NCBI RefSeq assembly: GCF_002113885.1
Contig: NW_018408835.1
Span: forward strand, 1 to 64,000
Direction of reading: 5' to 3'
Source of the DNA: Mizuhopecten yessoensis
Lineage: Eukaryota
DNA: 64,000 nt
Each line of letters opens with the position of its first letter. The stretch's first letter is position 1. The notes below the pieces were generated by a model. It was not told the origin of the DNA. It was given only the letters and a program-made list of their open reading frames with translations, and searched no databases. A program made the translations under genes and the position numbers. This document shows positions 1 to 13,565 of the stretch, piece by piece.

Positions 1-1198
1 TGGTGAGTTCCCTTAACATCTAAACCGATATACATGTAAACTGAATGGAATCATGTCACGTGTGCCCCTCATTCGTTTCTTTATTCCATGATGTGTGACA
101 AACAGTGATTATGTTTACCTTTGTATATATGTAGATCACGCCGTGCGATGTGTGTTCACGTAAAAATGTACGCGGCGAAAAAAGGGTTATATACTATAAT
201 TGGTTCCTGTCCCTCACATGGCTATCATGTACAAGTCATATGTATCATACTGATTGGATTACATGTGTAGGTTATGTATTTCAAACATGCACGTGCAGTC
301 GACATTGCTATATATATTACTTTGATATATTACGGAGTAAACCGTTAAGCTGTCGTGCGCCATACGTTTACCTGTCAGTTCAGTTAATGTATACTTGTCA
401 TTACTAGTTGATTCTGCCAACACCCTGCTCTTTGCAAATCGTGAAGAGCCGTTAGAAACAAGTCTAGTTTTTTTTCTTCATTCGATTTCCTTTATGAAAA
501 AACTTACGGGGGATCAATGACGATCCTATGGCAACTAAAACGTGTCAGCTTGAACGGGATCAAGCTTCGTTTGTTCTTATGTTTTATAAAAAAAAATTTT
601 TTTTGGAGGGTGTGTGTGGGTGTGTGTGAACAATTCGGAATAAGATCAATTTTCGATTCACCAGTGTCCCCTAAAACGATAATACAAAGGAAAGCCCCAA
701 ATTCTACAGAGAGCTTAACAACAGTAATTTCAGACGACATGCAACGGAATATCATTCTTTCTCCGCGCATGCACGGGTTAGCGAGAACCCGACAGGCAAA
801 GTACGACAATAAGGAAGCGAAGTAAAGGACAATGAGGCTATTACAAAAGGTAATTGTACTCCTCCGACCAAAAGTAATAAGCATTCGATGTAGCGGAAAG
901 GGGCCATGTGCATAGAGAGTAGACGGAAGGTCCTATGAACTTGGCAGTACATGTAGATAGGACGCTGTACGCCAATAAGTTGGCCTAGTTTGTTGAACGA
1001 GGCGACAACGTGACTATTCTGTAAGCAGTCGTCAAGTTCCTCATTCCGTTACATTTTGTGCAAATACTTCCTTATTTTCACCACAAAAGATGAAAAAATC
1101 TCATATATCTGTAAGTAATGGGTTATCAGATAAACATTGGGACAGAGGATGTGCGACCGAATCACAACAACAAAATAACTATCTTCTAGAAACGTACC

Positions 1199-1462
1199 TA
1201 ACTTAATCAGCTTGAGGTAAATGAAATCCTGCAAGTTGAAATATATTTCAAAGGATTTGGTTTGGTTTTGTATTGTTTAACGTCTTATCAACAGCTAAGA
1301 ACAAAATAAAAAAATCACCCTGTATCATACACAACACACACGCAGGCACGTCCTTAAAACGCCTTAGCTGTTGATAGGACGTTACACCATACACAATCAA
1401 ACCAAACCACTTGAACTATATTTCAGCTTGCAGGATTTTATTAACCTCAAGCTGATAGGTTA
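1199..1462. repeat. ~100-bp inverted duplication of a SINE tail plus its flank (arms 1199-1299 and 1363-1462)
   Basis: The reverse complement of the left arm (cttagctgttgataagacgttaaac...cttgcaggatttcatttacctcaagctgat) matches the right arm (cttagctgttgataggacgttacac...cttgcaggattttattaacctcaagctgat) with scattered mismatches. Confidence 0.85.
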
Positions 1463-2247
1463 TCATGTTAACAAATGATAATGGCTCTGAGTAAATAGGT
1501 GTGCGTATTGCTACAAATTAATTTTGGGTCTTTGAAGATAAAACATTGGCTTTATCAGAGTTATATAAGTGATAAGTTAGTCCTAGTGGTATAGGAGGTA
1601 GTATATGTTAAAACAGGCAAAGCTGCCTTTCTAACGTTATCTAAGGTTCGTAAGGTTATTGCTGACGAAGCAAATCTCGGAAATGTCGCATTACTTTCCA
1701 ATTATTACTTTCGCACGCCAGTCACTGCTGATCTATATGACGTAATAGGTCGCTCCTCGGACCCTGCGCGTGATTCCTTTCCGATTATCATGCAAATGAG
1801 AAGGTTTAGTCGGGATTAAAACGTTCAATTTTCTCTTTACATATGCAATTTTACATATCTATGCATATAGACATCGCTCAATCAGACAAAGTTAGTTTCA
1901 GTATAACCAGCTTAACGTGATATTAACGTGATTTCTAGCGAGGTTTGCAAAAATGGAATTTACAGGAATTCCTTAAAATTAAAATGTTCAGGAAATATCA
2001 GCCTCCAAGCAACACATTGGAGAACCAAATAATTAGGGTAGTTCTTCAAAGTTTAAATATTGCCGATATAAAAAAAACTATTAAGTTACCCATACTTTGT
2101 TCATCTGCAACAGTAGGCTACTGAAACTCGTTATAACTGGGGAATACATGCAACCTTACACATTTTTGAAGATATATAATCTTAAGCATCAGGGCTACAG
2201 TTTGTATCACTTCCGTTACCTTTCTCACTTTTCTACCCATCTTAATA

Positions 2248-3300
2248 TTTGTTTATTTATTTGTTGAGTTATGAGCGGCCCATCAACACAGAAGAGTTCT
2301 TTAGGGCCAATACAAGTCAGATAAAGCACGTCAACGGTAATTACATCAAACAAACTAAAAACTAAAAGAACAAATGTCAACTTCAAAAGCAAAAATGTCT
2401 ATGGTAAGTTGATATAACTTTTTTTTTGAACAGTCCAAAAGTTTTCCGGTAGGTAAGAATTGTTTTGATATGTACCGTTTCGGAGAGAGAATTGAGATTT
2501 GTTGTATTACTATAAAACTGTTCTCGCTTTGACTGAATGTTAATGTAATCCAGTAGCGAGTGCTATCTACCTATGTGTTTCGCATTGTGTACTTTTTAGG
2601 GCGTTACCTGTTGTTATACATGTAGTTCATTTTTTTTCATAGTGCGCTAGCACCTGATTATTATGAGTTCAATTACATTTCGTTTCGCTGTCAGTCAAAA
2701 AAATACGTCAATACTCGTATCTTTGAAAACACTTTCAACAGATTCCACCTGATTGAGTTTGCCATTACGTTAATGAAGCTAGACACAAGGAGTTCCTGAT
2801 CAGCTTTCGGAACTCCACTGATGTTATCGACCGTGTCCGAACAGCAGCCAATATCCGCATAAGGCGTATCTCTTACAACAGACGTGTTTCATATGAATTG
2901 ATCCCAATCGCGTTGGAGTCAAATTGAATCGGAAGATAATACGATTTGGTTCGGTTTTCACACGTGACCTCCAAGAACAACTCATGACGATACATGCGCC
3001 TTTGATCTCCTCGACCTGGTGTTTCTACGAGTACGCATGACCGGTGATGAGGACTATGTAATAAAAGAACGGTTTATATATATCACTTTCAACGTGATAC
3101 GAACGTGTTTGTAGCATCATACGATTGTTTGTTCCTATACTCATGGGGTTTCGAGGAGACAAAAACTGATATTTATGTTCGTATCTTCGAAAAGCTGATA
3201 TTGGAAGATGCGATTCATAATCCAGCGTTCCAAATATAGTTTCTGTACTCAGACGACCCTTGCTCTATAGGAAGATGATTGCGGCCCTATTTGTCATTGT
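2248..3300 (-). mobile_element. Degraded 3' part of an I/Nimb-type non-LTR retrotransposon (RNase H and C-terminal zinc-knuckle remnants)
   Basis: Minus-strand fragments VLSSDS, ISGVPKADQ (like GIxGNExAD) and HSLLDY...KREQF, followed by tail ttggccctaaagaac...gtgttgatgggccg and an A-rich end. Many stops and frameshifts. Confidence 0.5.
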
Positions 3301-3828
3301 TTGCAATATTCATTCCTGCTCTTAGCTTGCGGTTATATGGAGCGCCCTATCACTGTATTTGTCTATGACAACAGAACATCGACAGCTGGTGACCGCTCAC
3401 AAAACTTTCTGCTGGATAAACGTACTAAGACAGAGGACAGGCGAGGCTGTTGTGTGGAAATAATTGCTTTTAGAAATAATTTGTTCATGGTTTTTACGTT
3501 CAAAGGCTATTTTTCACAGTGCGTCAATAGAAAAAGGGTGAAATTGGGGCAAACAACTGGAGTTAAAGCGAGTAGTAAAAAGGAAAGACGCCAAATTAAC
3601 CAAAAGATAGGAAACAGAAAACATAAAAAGAAAGTAATTCAGCTTAAAAATATAACTGATGGGACGTTTTCAGATTTTCACTTTCAAACAAATGTTTGAA
3701 GGTCAGCATGGTTTAAATTTTGTTATATAAGATACCAAAAAATGTCAAATATGACAAAACAATGTAAAATAATGTTAAATAAGAATATGTCAGACAACAA
3801 AACGTGATGTTTTTGTGTCCGTTTAGTA

Positions 3829-4005
3829 TTTATTGCCGTTCATGGTGGTCACATAGAGCCAAAAAATATAAAATTACGGTCAACAGTCAGTTATTACAAA
3901 AATGTGATGTCTTTGAATCCTTTTAATATTTAAATTTAAGCCCGTTTATGGAGGTCAAAAGAAACAAAAATATAAAATTACGTTCAACAGCCATTAATTA
4001 AAAAA
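3829..4005. repeat. Diverged ~104-bp tandem duplication
   Basis: ccgttcatggtggtca...aaaaatataaaattacggtcaacag recurs as ccgtttatggaggtca...aaaaatataaaattacgttcaacag. Confidence 0.7.
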
Positions 4006-4260
4006 AAAAACGCCGTTAATGGTGTGCACACTTTCAATACAAGGCTTTACGGAATACTGGTCGGTAAAAGTTATAGGTAAACGGTCGTCACCAATATATA
4101 ATGGGAAATATTCGTTTTCATCGTGTGACATGTGTTTGACAATGCGTCTTTGTGTGCTTTGATGTTCTATTGTTTTGTTGTCACTTCTCCGGTTCGCGCT
4201 TTGAGGACGTGATATGAATTTGTTTGACCTATATATATATAATGTGGGGGAAGCCGAAGT

Positions 4261-4299
4261 CTAACCCTAACCCTAACCCTCACCTGGTCGGGCAGGTGA
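4261..4299. repeat. Short interstitial (CCCTAA)3 telomere-type tract followed by a small hairpin
   Basis: ctaaccctaaccctaaccct, then tcacctg-gtcggg-caggtga. Confidence 0.7.
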
Positions 4300-5203
4300 A
4301 TCCATAACTTTCACGTCCGATCAGGGACCTATGTCATTTGTTTGTGCACCAAAGTGATAATACCTAACTATCAGCTATTCACAGGTTGCATTACCAACGG
4401 ATTAGTGATTAGTTTGGCACTCGAAGGGAAATCTGAATATTTTGCAACAAATGTATTCAGGAACATTTTAACGATGCATACGACGACATTAATGATAAAA
4501 AATTACCTGAAGTATACATTTTGCTTCATAAACCAGTCAAGCTTTCCATCCCGTAAATCAGCCCCACCTCGTGAGTGTTATTTAGTGTGATATAAATATA
4601 TATGGTTTATGACAGATGCTAGCATAGCACACATCAATCATTAATTACAGACGGGTCTCGTGTCTGCGCTGTAGACTACGATCTTCCTATGGAAGGCTTC
4701 CGAAATGGAAGTCTTGTCCGCGCAGTCACACAAACACTATAACTTAATGAGATAGATGCTGTTGCATCACGAATTATTCTCATTACCACGTTACTGTCAA
4801 TCAATCGTTTAGCGTGACTGGTAAGTGGACTAGACTTCTGAAAGAGATTTTTGCAGACTTTTTCGCAAGATATATTAACACAATGTTTTTATAGTGACGT
4901 TGAAGAATATGTGATTCGCGGGCTGAAAATAGCACGGTCAAATTGATGGGGGGAATAACTGTCAAACTTCATCGATATATATTAACAAGACAGCACCATA
5001 AATAGGTATATTAGCATTCAACAGACTAAGATTAGCATTTAGGGCATCTAGTCAGGCGTTGTCCTTTATTGGACATATACGTCGTCGCTATATATAAATT
5101 TTATACGACGTCAGCGTTTTCGTTTTTTATAGCTTTACGGCCTGTGATTCATTTAGGGCCAAACAATATTGTTTGTTTGTTCGTTTGGGGTTTAACGTCC
5201 TTG

Positions 5204-8200
5204 CAACAGCCAGTGTCATTTGAGGAGGTGAAGCCTAGGGAGACAACAGCCAGGGTCATTTGAGGACGTGTAGCCTAGGGAGACAACAGTCAGGGTCATT
5301 TGAGGACGAGTAGCCTAGGGAGACAACAGTCAGGGTCATTTGAGGACGTGTAGCCTAGGGAGACAACAGCCAGTGTCATTTGAGGACGAGTAGCCTCGGG
5401 AGACAACAGTCAGGGTCATTTGAGGACAAGTAGCCTAGGGATACAACAGTCAGGGTCATTTGAGAACGTGTAGCCTAGGAAGACAACAGCCAGGGTCATT
5501 TCAGGACGAGTAGCCACGGGAGACAACAGTCAGGGTCATTTCAGGACGAGTAGCCTCGGGAGACAACAGTCAGGGTCATTTCAGGACGTGTAGCCTAGGG
5601 AGACAACAGCCAATGTCATTTGAGGACGTGTAGCCTAGGGAGACAACAGCCAGTGTCACTTGAGGACGAGTAGCCTAGGGAGACAACAGTCAGGGTCATT
5701 TGAGGACGAGTAGCCTAGGGATACAACAGTCAGGGTCATTTGAGGAAGTGTAGCCTAGGAAGACAACAGCCAGGGTCATTTGAGGACGTGTAGCCTAGGG
5801 AGTGCACAGTCAGGGTCATTTCAGGACGAGTAGCCTCAGGAGACAACAGTCAGGGTCATTTCAGGACGTGTAGCCTAGGGAGACAACAGCCAATGTCATT
5901 TGAGGACGAGTAGCCTAGGGAGACAACAGCCAGGGTTATTTGAGGACGAGTAGCCTAGGGAGACAACAGTCAGGGTCATTTGAGGACGAGTAGCCTAGGG
6001 AGACAACAGTCAGAGTCATTTGAGGACGAGTAGTCTAGGGAGACACACCAGCCAGGGTCTTTTGAGGACGAGTAGCCTAGGGAGACACAACAGCCAGGGG
6101 CATTTGAGGACGAGTAGCCTAGGGAGACACACCAACCAGGGTCATTTGAGGACGGGTTGCATAGGGTGACAACAGTCAGGGTCATTTGAGGACGAGTAGC
6201 CTAGGGAGACAACAGTCAGGGTCATTTGAGGACGTGTAGTCTAGGGAGACACAACAGCCAGGGTCATTTGAGGACGAGTAGCCTAGGGAGACACAACAAT
6301 CAGGGTCATTTGAGGACGGGTAGCTTAGGGAGACAACAGTCAGGGTCATTTGAGGACGAGTAGCCTAGGGAGATAACAGCCACGGTCATTTGAGGAGGAG
6401 TAGCCTAGGGAGACACAACAACCAGGGTCATCTGAGGACGAGTAGTCTAGGGAGACAAAACAGCCAGGATCATTTGAGGACGAGTAGCCTAGGGAGACAA
6501 CATCCGGGATCATTTGAGGACGGGTAGCCTAGGGAGACAACAGCCATGGTCGTTTGAGGACGAGTAGTCTAGGGAGACACAACAGCCAGGATCATTTGAG
6601 GACGGGTAGCCTAGGGAGACAACAACCAGGGTCATTGGAGGACGAGTAGCCTGGGAGACGACCGCCAGGGTCATTTGAGGACGAGTAGCCTAAGGAGACA
6701 ACAGCCAGGGTCATTTGAGGACTGGTAGCCTAGGGAGACAACAGTCAGGGTCATTTGAGGACGAGTAGCCTAGGGAGACACAACAACCAGGGTCATTTGA
6801 GGACGGGTAGCTTAGGGAGACAACAGCCAGGGTCATTTGAGGACGAGTAGTCTTGGGAGACACAACAGCCAGGGCCATTTGAGGACGGGTAGCCTAGGGA
6901 GACAACACCCACGGTCATTTGAGGACGAGTAGCCTAGGGAGACAACAGTCAGGGTCATTTGAGGACGAGTAGTCTTGGGAGACACAACAGCCAGGGTCAT
7001 TTGAGGACGGGTAGCCTAGGGAGACACAACAACCAGGGTCATTTGAGGACGAGTAGTCTAGGCAGACACAACAGCCAGGATCATTTGAGGACGGGTAGCC
7101 TAGGGAGACAACGGCCAGGGTCATTTGATGACGAGTAGCCTAGGGAGACAACAGCCAGGGTCATTTGAGGACGAGTAGTCTTGGGAGACACAACAGCCAG
7201 GGTCATTTGAGGACGAGTAGTCTTGGGAGACACAACAGCCAGGGTCATTTGAGGACGGGTAGCTTAGGGAGACAACAGTCAGGGTCATTTGAGGACGAGT
7301 AGCCTAGGGAGACAACATCCGGGAGCATTTGAGGACGGGTAGCCTAGGGAGACAACAGCCACGGGCATTTGAGGACGAGTAGCCTAGGGAGACACACCAA
7401 CCAGGGTCATTTGAGGACGGGTAGCATAGGGTGACAACAGTCAGGGTCATTTGAGGACGTGTAGCCTAGGGAGACAACAGTCAGGGTCATTTGAGGACGT
7501 GTAGTCTAGGGAGACACAACAGCCAGGGTCATTTGAGGACGAGTAGCCTAGGGAGACAACAGCCAGGGTCATTTGACTACGAGTAGCCTAGGGAGACAAC
7601 AGTCAGGGTAATTTGAGGACGAGTAGTCTAGGGAGACACAACAGCCAGGGTCATTTGAGGAAGGGTCATTTGAGGACGAGTAGCCCAGGGAGACAACAGT
7701 CAGGGGTATTTGAGGACGAGTAGCCTAGGGCGACAACAGCCACGGTCATTTGAGGACGAGTAGCCTATGGAAGACAACAGTCAGGGCCATTTAAGGACGT
7801 GTAGCCTAGGAAGACAACAGCCAGGGTCATTTGAGGACGCGTAGCCCAGGGAGACAACAGTCAGGGTTATTTGAGGACGAGTAGCCTAGGGCGACAACAG
7901 CCACGGTCATTTGAGGACGAGTAGCCTTGGGATACAACAGTCAGGGTCTTTTGAGAACGTGTAGCATAGTGAGACAACAGCCAGGGTCTTTTGAGGACTG
8001 GTAGCCTAGGGAGACACAACAGCCAGGATAATTTGAGGACGGTTAGCCTAGGGAGACAACGGCCAGGGTCATTTGATGACGAGTAGCCTAGGGAGACACA
8101 CCAAGCCGGGTCATTTGAGGACGGGTAGCATAGGGAGACAACAGTCAGGGACATTTGAGGACGTGTAGCCTAGGGAGACAACAGTCAGGGTAATTTGAGG

Positions 8201-9053
8201 ACGAGTAGTCTGGGGAGACACAACAGCCAGGGTCATTGGAGGACGAGTAGTCTAGGGAGACAAAACAGCCAGGGTCATTTGAGGACGAGTAGCCCAGGGA
8301 GACAACAGTCAGGGTTATTTGAGGACGAGTAGCCTAGGGATACAACAGTCAGGGTCATTTGAGAACGTGTAGCATAGTGAGACAACAGCCAGGGTCATTT
8401 GAGGACTGGTAGCCTAGGGAGACACAACAGCCAGGGTCATTTGAGGACGAGTAGTCTAGGGAGACACAACAGCCAGGGTCATTTGAGGACGAGTAGCCTA
8501 GGGAGACAACAGCCAGGGTCATTTGAGGACGAGTAGCCCAGGGAGACAACAGCCAGTGTCATTTGAGGACGAGTAGTCTAGGGAGACACAACAGCCAGGG
8601 TCATTGGAGGACGAGTAGCCCAGGGAGACACCAGCCAGTGTCATTTGAGGACGAGTAGTCTAGGGAGTCAAAACAGCGAGGATCGTTTGAGGACGAGTAG
8701 CCTATGGAAACACAACAACCAGGGACATTTGAGGACGAGTAGCCAAGGGAGACAACAGTGGGAGACAACAGTCAGGGTCATTTGAGGACGTGTAGTCTAG
8801 GGAGACACAACATCCAGGGTCATTTGAGGACGGGTAGTCTAGGGAGACACAACAGCCAGGATAATTTGAGGACGGTTAGCCTAGGGAGACAACAACCAGG
8901 GTCATTTGATGACGAGTAGCCTAGGGAGACAACAGCCAGGGTTATTTGAGAACGTGTAGCATAGGGAGACAACAGCCAGGGTCATTTGAGGACTGGTAGC
9001 CTAGGGAGACACAACAGCCAGGGTCATTTGAGGACGAGTAGCCTAGGGAGACA
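5204..9053. repeat. Satellite array 1, 40/42-bp monomer, ~94 copies, embedded in one copy of a short retro-element (family B)
   Basis: Monomer cagggtcatttgaggacgagtagcctagggagac(ac)aacagc/t. Left flank is the element tail (gtttgtttg...ggggtttaacgtccttgc); right flank is the element body (ctgcctgaaacagaaagg). Confidence 0.98.
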
Positions 9054-10586
9054 CTGCCTGAAACAGAAAGGAGAAAAAAAGAAAGAAGACAAAAGCCTGC
9101 CCTAATACAATATGATGTTTTGAGGTAATACTTTGAAATATGTAATTGTTTTAATAATTGAAATATACTTCACTTCATGTTGAAAAGGAACTGAAAAGGA
9201 ACCAGAATAGCTAACTGACTAAAGCACATCCATGAACGGAAGGGTAAAGGACAAAAAAACATCCATAGCACACACATTGTTAGTATGTATCATAGGATAT
9301 CGTAAATATATACAGATAGTAAATAATCATATAGCAATGTTACAGGAACTGTAACAGACTTCAAATAATAACGCGGAAAAAGAGATAGAAGAGAAAGAAA
9401 ACTGAGCTATTAGTTTTGCAATGACGTCTGCATCTGTTTTCACCGAGAAAGGTTTGTCGAATGCATGACAAAAAAGGCTGGTCTTCCTTTCGACAAATCC
9501 AACGTGTGCAATATACGTCAAGCATATACGGTGAAGCAAGAGAACAAGCTGCTCTCGGAGATCACAAACTTAATGTTGCAAAAATCTAAAAAAAAAAAAA
9601 AAAGTGAAGAAAAAGAGTTTCATTCGCAATATTCCAATTTAAGTCGTTTCCTCGTTTCCATGGTTACCAGGAAGAGGAAAACAGTTTCAGAAAAGAAATA
9701 TTAGAACCATGATAACATTATCGCTGAATCACAAAACCGCAATAATCATTATAGTGTAATGGATAAAAGCGATTGATCCAGCGACGACATTTTTATTACA
9801 ATCAAGGATGCATATCAGTAAATAAAATTTTCTTGATTTAATTATATGCTGGGATGCAGTTTCCTCCTCGTCGACTCTACCAATGCAATGCATTGCATCG
9901 TCATTAATTTTCTCACCCTACAGCAACTCATGTAAAAGATACAACACAATTAGGCCTTAGTGACAGTTGGATCCATTAGCACAGAACTCTAAATAAATAC
10001 TTTTTACCGTTTCTGTACGCCGTATATAATTACTTTTGCCTGTATTTTGCAGTATCCTTCGGCAAGCATAGCTTTACTGATCCAAAATTTTGTGTAATTA
10101 ACGAAGATTTTAAAATGATATCATTGCTTTCGTATTTATTACAGCTGTAGCTGCATCTATTTATTTGTTTTGTTATATTAACAAAGAAGTACAATTACGA
10201 TTCTGAATCAGCGATGCGGTTTTCTTTAACATTAAGATGCACTTATTATGTAATGTTTGGATAGCACTAATCACAATAGTTTTGCCATACTCAAATATTC
10301 GACGTTATGAAAGAGTTATAGATTGTTTCTGTTTGGTACCGTCTTTAGGGCAAGGTTATTTAAATATTGGGTCACGACCTTGCGTGATCGGGCACATTTG
10401 TCTCTATTTTGTTTAGAACAAGTCTGAGCCTCGTCCTACTTTACCTGCACCCAACGTGTATTTATTCAAGGAGGTGTATTTTCCTTTTGTTCAACTGTGC
10501 TTTTAGTTGGAGACTGTTTTGTCAGGATTTGAGCTTTTACAAAATGCAACCCTTAAACTCCAATAATATTTTTTTTAGACTTGTTA

Positions 10587-10772
10587 TCCCGTCTTTTCGT
10601 ATTGCAGAGTTATCTTCTCTTGTGAGCAGGTATTGATTGTTACGTCATTGGTTTGTGAGAGTATCGTCATTAATTTTTGTGAAAACGACATAATTTTCTC
10701 ACACAAACCAATGACGTAACAATCAATACCTGATCACAAGAGAAGATAACTCTACAATTTGCAAGGACGGAA
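10587..10772 (-). mobile_element. 186-bp MITE with long TIRs and TA flanks, copy 1 (inverted relative to copies 2 and 3)
   Basis: ~60-bp TIRs tcccgtcttttcgtattgcagagttatcttctctt... / ...agaagataactctacaatttgcaaggacggaa; TA on both sides. Confidence 0.9.
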
Positions 10773-10908
10773 TATCATTATGGAAATATACTTGGGTAAG
10801 CTGAACGCCAGTCAAAAATAGGAAGTGTTTCGTGATAAGCTATGCATGGAGACTGGTCCTCGCACAATACATCGTCGTCTCGGCGGTTTTTGTCTATAGC
10901 AAAGACAT

Positions 10909-11694
10909 TATTTCCGAATGATATGCTACGTAATGTATGGTGTATTTCCGATTGATATGTTACATGATGTATGGTATATTTCCGAATGATATGCTACGTA
11001 ATGTAAGGTGTATTTCCGAATGATATGTTACGTAATGTATGGTGTATTTCCGAATGATATGTTACGTAATGTATGGTGTATTTCCGAATGATATGTTACG
11101 TAATGTATGGTGTATTTCCGAATGATATGTTACGTAATGTATGGTGTATTTCCGAATGATATGTTACGTAATGTATGGTGTATTTCCGAATGATATGTTA
11201 CGTAATGTATGGTGTATTTCCGAATGATATGTTACGTAATGTATGGTGTATTTCCGATTGATATGTTACGTAATGTATGGTGTATTTCCGAATGATATGT
11301 CACGTAATGTATGGTGTATATTTCCGAATGATATGTTACGTATTGTATGGTGTATTTCCGAATGATATGTCACGTAATGTATGGTGTATATTTCCGAATG
11401 ATATACTACGTAATGTATGGTGTATTTCCGAATGATATGCTACGTAATGTATGGTGTATTTCCGAATGATATGCTACGTAATGCATGGTGTATTTCCGAG
11501 TGATATATTACGTAATGTATGCTATATTTCCGAATGATATGGTACGTACTGTAAGGTTTATTTCCGAATGATATGCTACGTAATGTATGGTGTATTACCG
11601 AATGATATGTTACGTAATGTATGTTGTATTTCCGAATGATATGTCACGTAATGTATGGTGTATTTCCGATTGATATCCTACGTAATGTATGGTG
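10909..11694. repeat. 34-bp minisatellite, ~23 copies
   Basis: Unit tatttccgaatgatatgttacgtaatgtatggtg; near-identical central copies and more diverged edges. Confidence 0.97.
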
Positions 11695-12089
11695 CACGCA
11701 TTGAATCCAATTATATTGCCAATGTGACATTACAAAATTTCGAATAAGTGATTTGAAATCAGTAAAATGATGTTTGAAATAGGTGGTAGTAGTAAAGTCG
11801 CTCTGACTCCAGGATTATGTTTGGTATCCCAAAGTTGCTCGACGCCAGCAGTATCCAATTTACTTTACTATGTAATAATGTTAATATTTTACTTTTTGAA
11901 ATATATTTTCATTTGTTTTTGTTGCAAAGGCTTAGTAAATCATGGATGGAATTCGAATAGGTAATTTGTTTCGGTAGATTATGTTATTTAATGTGTTCCA
12001 GTGCGGGATAACGAGCATTTTCTTCTGCAGACGATGTTAATACATCATTTGGAAGCAGGCATCCAATAGTCGAGTACTTCTGCGGGATT

Positions 12090-12300
12090 GTTTTGGTTTG
12101 TTTGTGTTTGTATTGTTTTACGGCAAATCGAACATGCAGGTCATTTAAGGCCAACAACATTGTAAAACTAGACATTCAGAAAAATGAATACACCAAACTA
12201 GAAATGAAATGGGTTAAAAGATGATAACATACATCAACATGGAACGAACTGGTTGTGAAGTACAGCCTATCTTAATTTATAGATCGAGTGAGTGTAATAA
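12090..12300 (-). mobile_element. LINE-type 3' tail fragment
   Basis: gtttgtttgtgtttgtattgttttacggcaaatcgaacatgcaggtcatttaaggccaa resembles the tails at 2248 and 29485. Confidence 0.45.
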
Positions 12301-12367
12301 ATCATATATTGATTGAACAGACAGTACAATTTTGTATGAAATAAACTTTTCATAGACCTTACATCAT

Positions 12368-12558
12368 ATTCTGGCCGGAAATTAAGCATACACTTTATAC
12401 AACGCACAATAATTATATTTCATCATAATAAAGTCAATTTGAAATCAGTAAATGCTAAATCGCTAAATTCTGACCGGAAATTAAGCATACACTTTATACA
12501 ACACACAACAATTATATTTCATCATAATAAAGCCAATTTGAAATCAGTAAATGTTAAT
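12368..12558. repeat. 99-bp tandem duplication
   Basis: attctg.ccggaaattaagcatacactttatacaac...tttgaaatcagtaaatg starts at both 12368 and 12467. Confidence 0.92.
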
Positions 12559-13379
12559 TCTTATAATTGGATACATTTTACGCAGAATCCGGATTGCCGT
12601 CATCTACCAAAATGCACAGTCTTACAGTACAACATATGTCATATGTTTGGTTGAAATCAGAGCCTTCAATCATCAAATGTGCTGTACAATATGGTTGGTC
12701 TTGCAAAATGTAAAATGTAACTATTTGTGACCTAGATGCGGGCAATCTTATGAGGAAATATTATCATAAAAATCATAGCAAATACAGGTAAAGTCATAAA
12801 TGTAAAACTCGTGACGGTGTACATCTTTTCAAGAAACTTGCCAAGAATAAAACACAAACCAACACAAACATCTATAAAACAAATCGCTGAAAGTAAATAC
12901 TGAAAAAGTGTACGAGTTGTCGATACTGTATTAATGAACTTGTAGAATATTTCCAAAAAATAAGTCAGACGCTTCTTTCTGGCAGACTTGTCATCGACTT
13001 CCAAAGGTTACTGCAGAATACTATACGCCTCGACATCGTCACAACATTGATATTATACTTGTTGTTATGATGTCCTATTCGTTTAAAAGGGCTCTTATGT
13101 CTAACTCTTCGTAGAATACTATCGGTATTCAATGTAAAACATGATAAAGACAGAGTAATAGATTACAGGGATTTGACAGGCCAGCTGATGTCAGAATGTT
13201 CTGTATGTGAAACAGTAACGTTCACAGCTATACCAAAAACATCGTTTGGAAACTCTAAATGTGCTCTTTGTTCCTAATGGTGTCTCCGATCTTCCTGTTG
13301 GGGTTGATAAACTCGACACAGATATTAAACATGGATGACTATAGACAATTATGGTTCTTTTGTATGCTTACAATTGATA

Positions 13380-13565
13380 TTCCGTCTTTGCGTGATACAG
13401 AGTTATCTTCTCTTGGGAGCAGGTATTGATTGTTACGTCATTGGTTTGTGTGAAAAAATTACGTCGTTTTCTCAAAAATTGATGACGTTACTCTCACAAA
13501 CAAGTGACGTAACAATCAATCCCTGCTCCCAAGGGAAGATAACTCTGCAATACGCAAAGACGGAT
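13380..13565 (+). mobile_element. 186-bp MITE, copy 2
   Basis: TIRs ttccgtctttgcgt...gttacgtca / tgacgtaac...acgcaaagacggat, TA flanks; nearly identical to 34178-34363. Confidence 0.93.

Noticed and set aside
500-1050. Overlapping ORFs 504-884 and 517-825 as genes
   Set aside because: No recognisable motifs, low-complexity tracts, and no splice or paralog support.
4480-5017. Additional paralog of the secreted family as an annotated feature
   Set aside because: Only a hydrophobic start (MLIYLFMVLSC) and suitable spacing; similarity too weak to list as a feature.
5976-8549. Minus-strand ORFs in array 1 (and 20914-21512 in array 2)
   Set aside because: Translations of a non-triplet-period satellite, with frequent stops.
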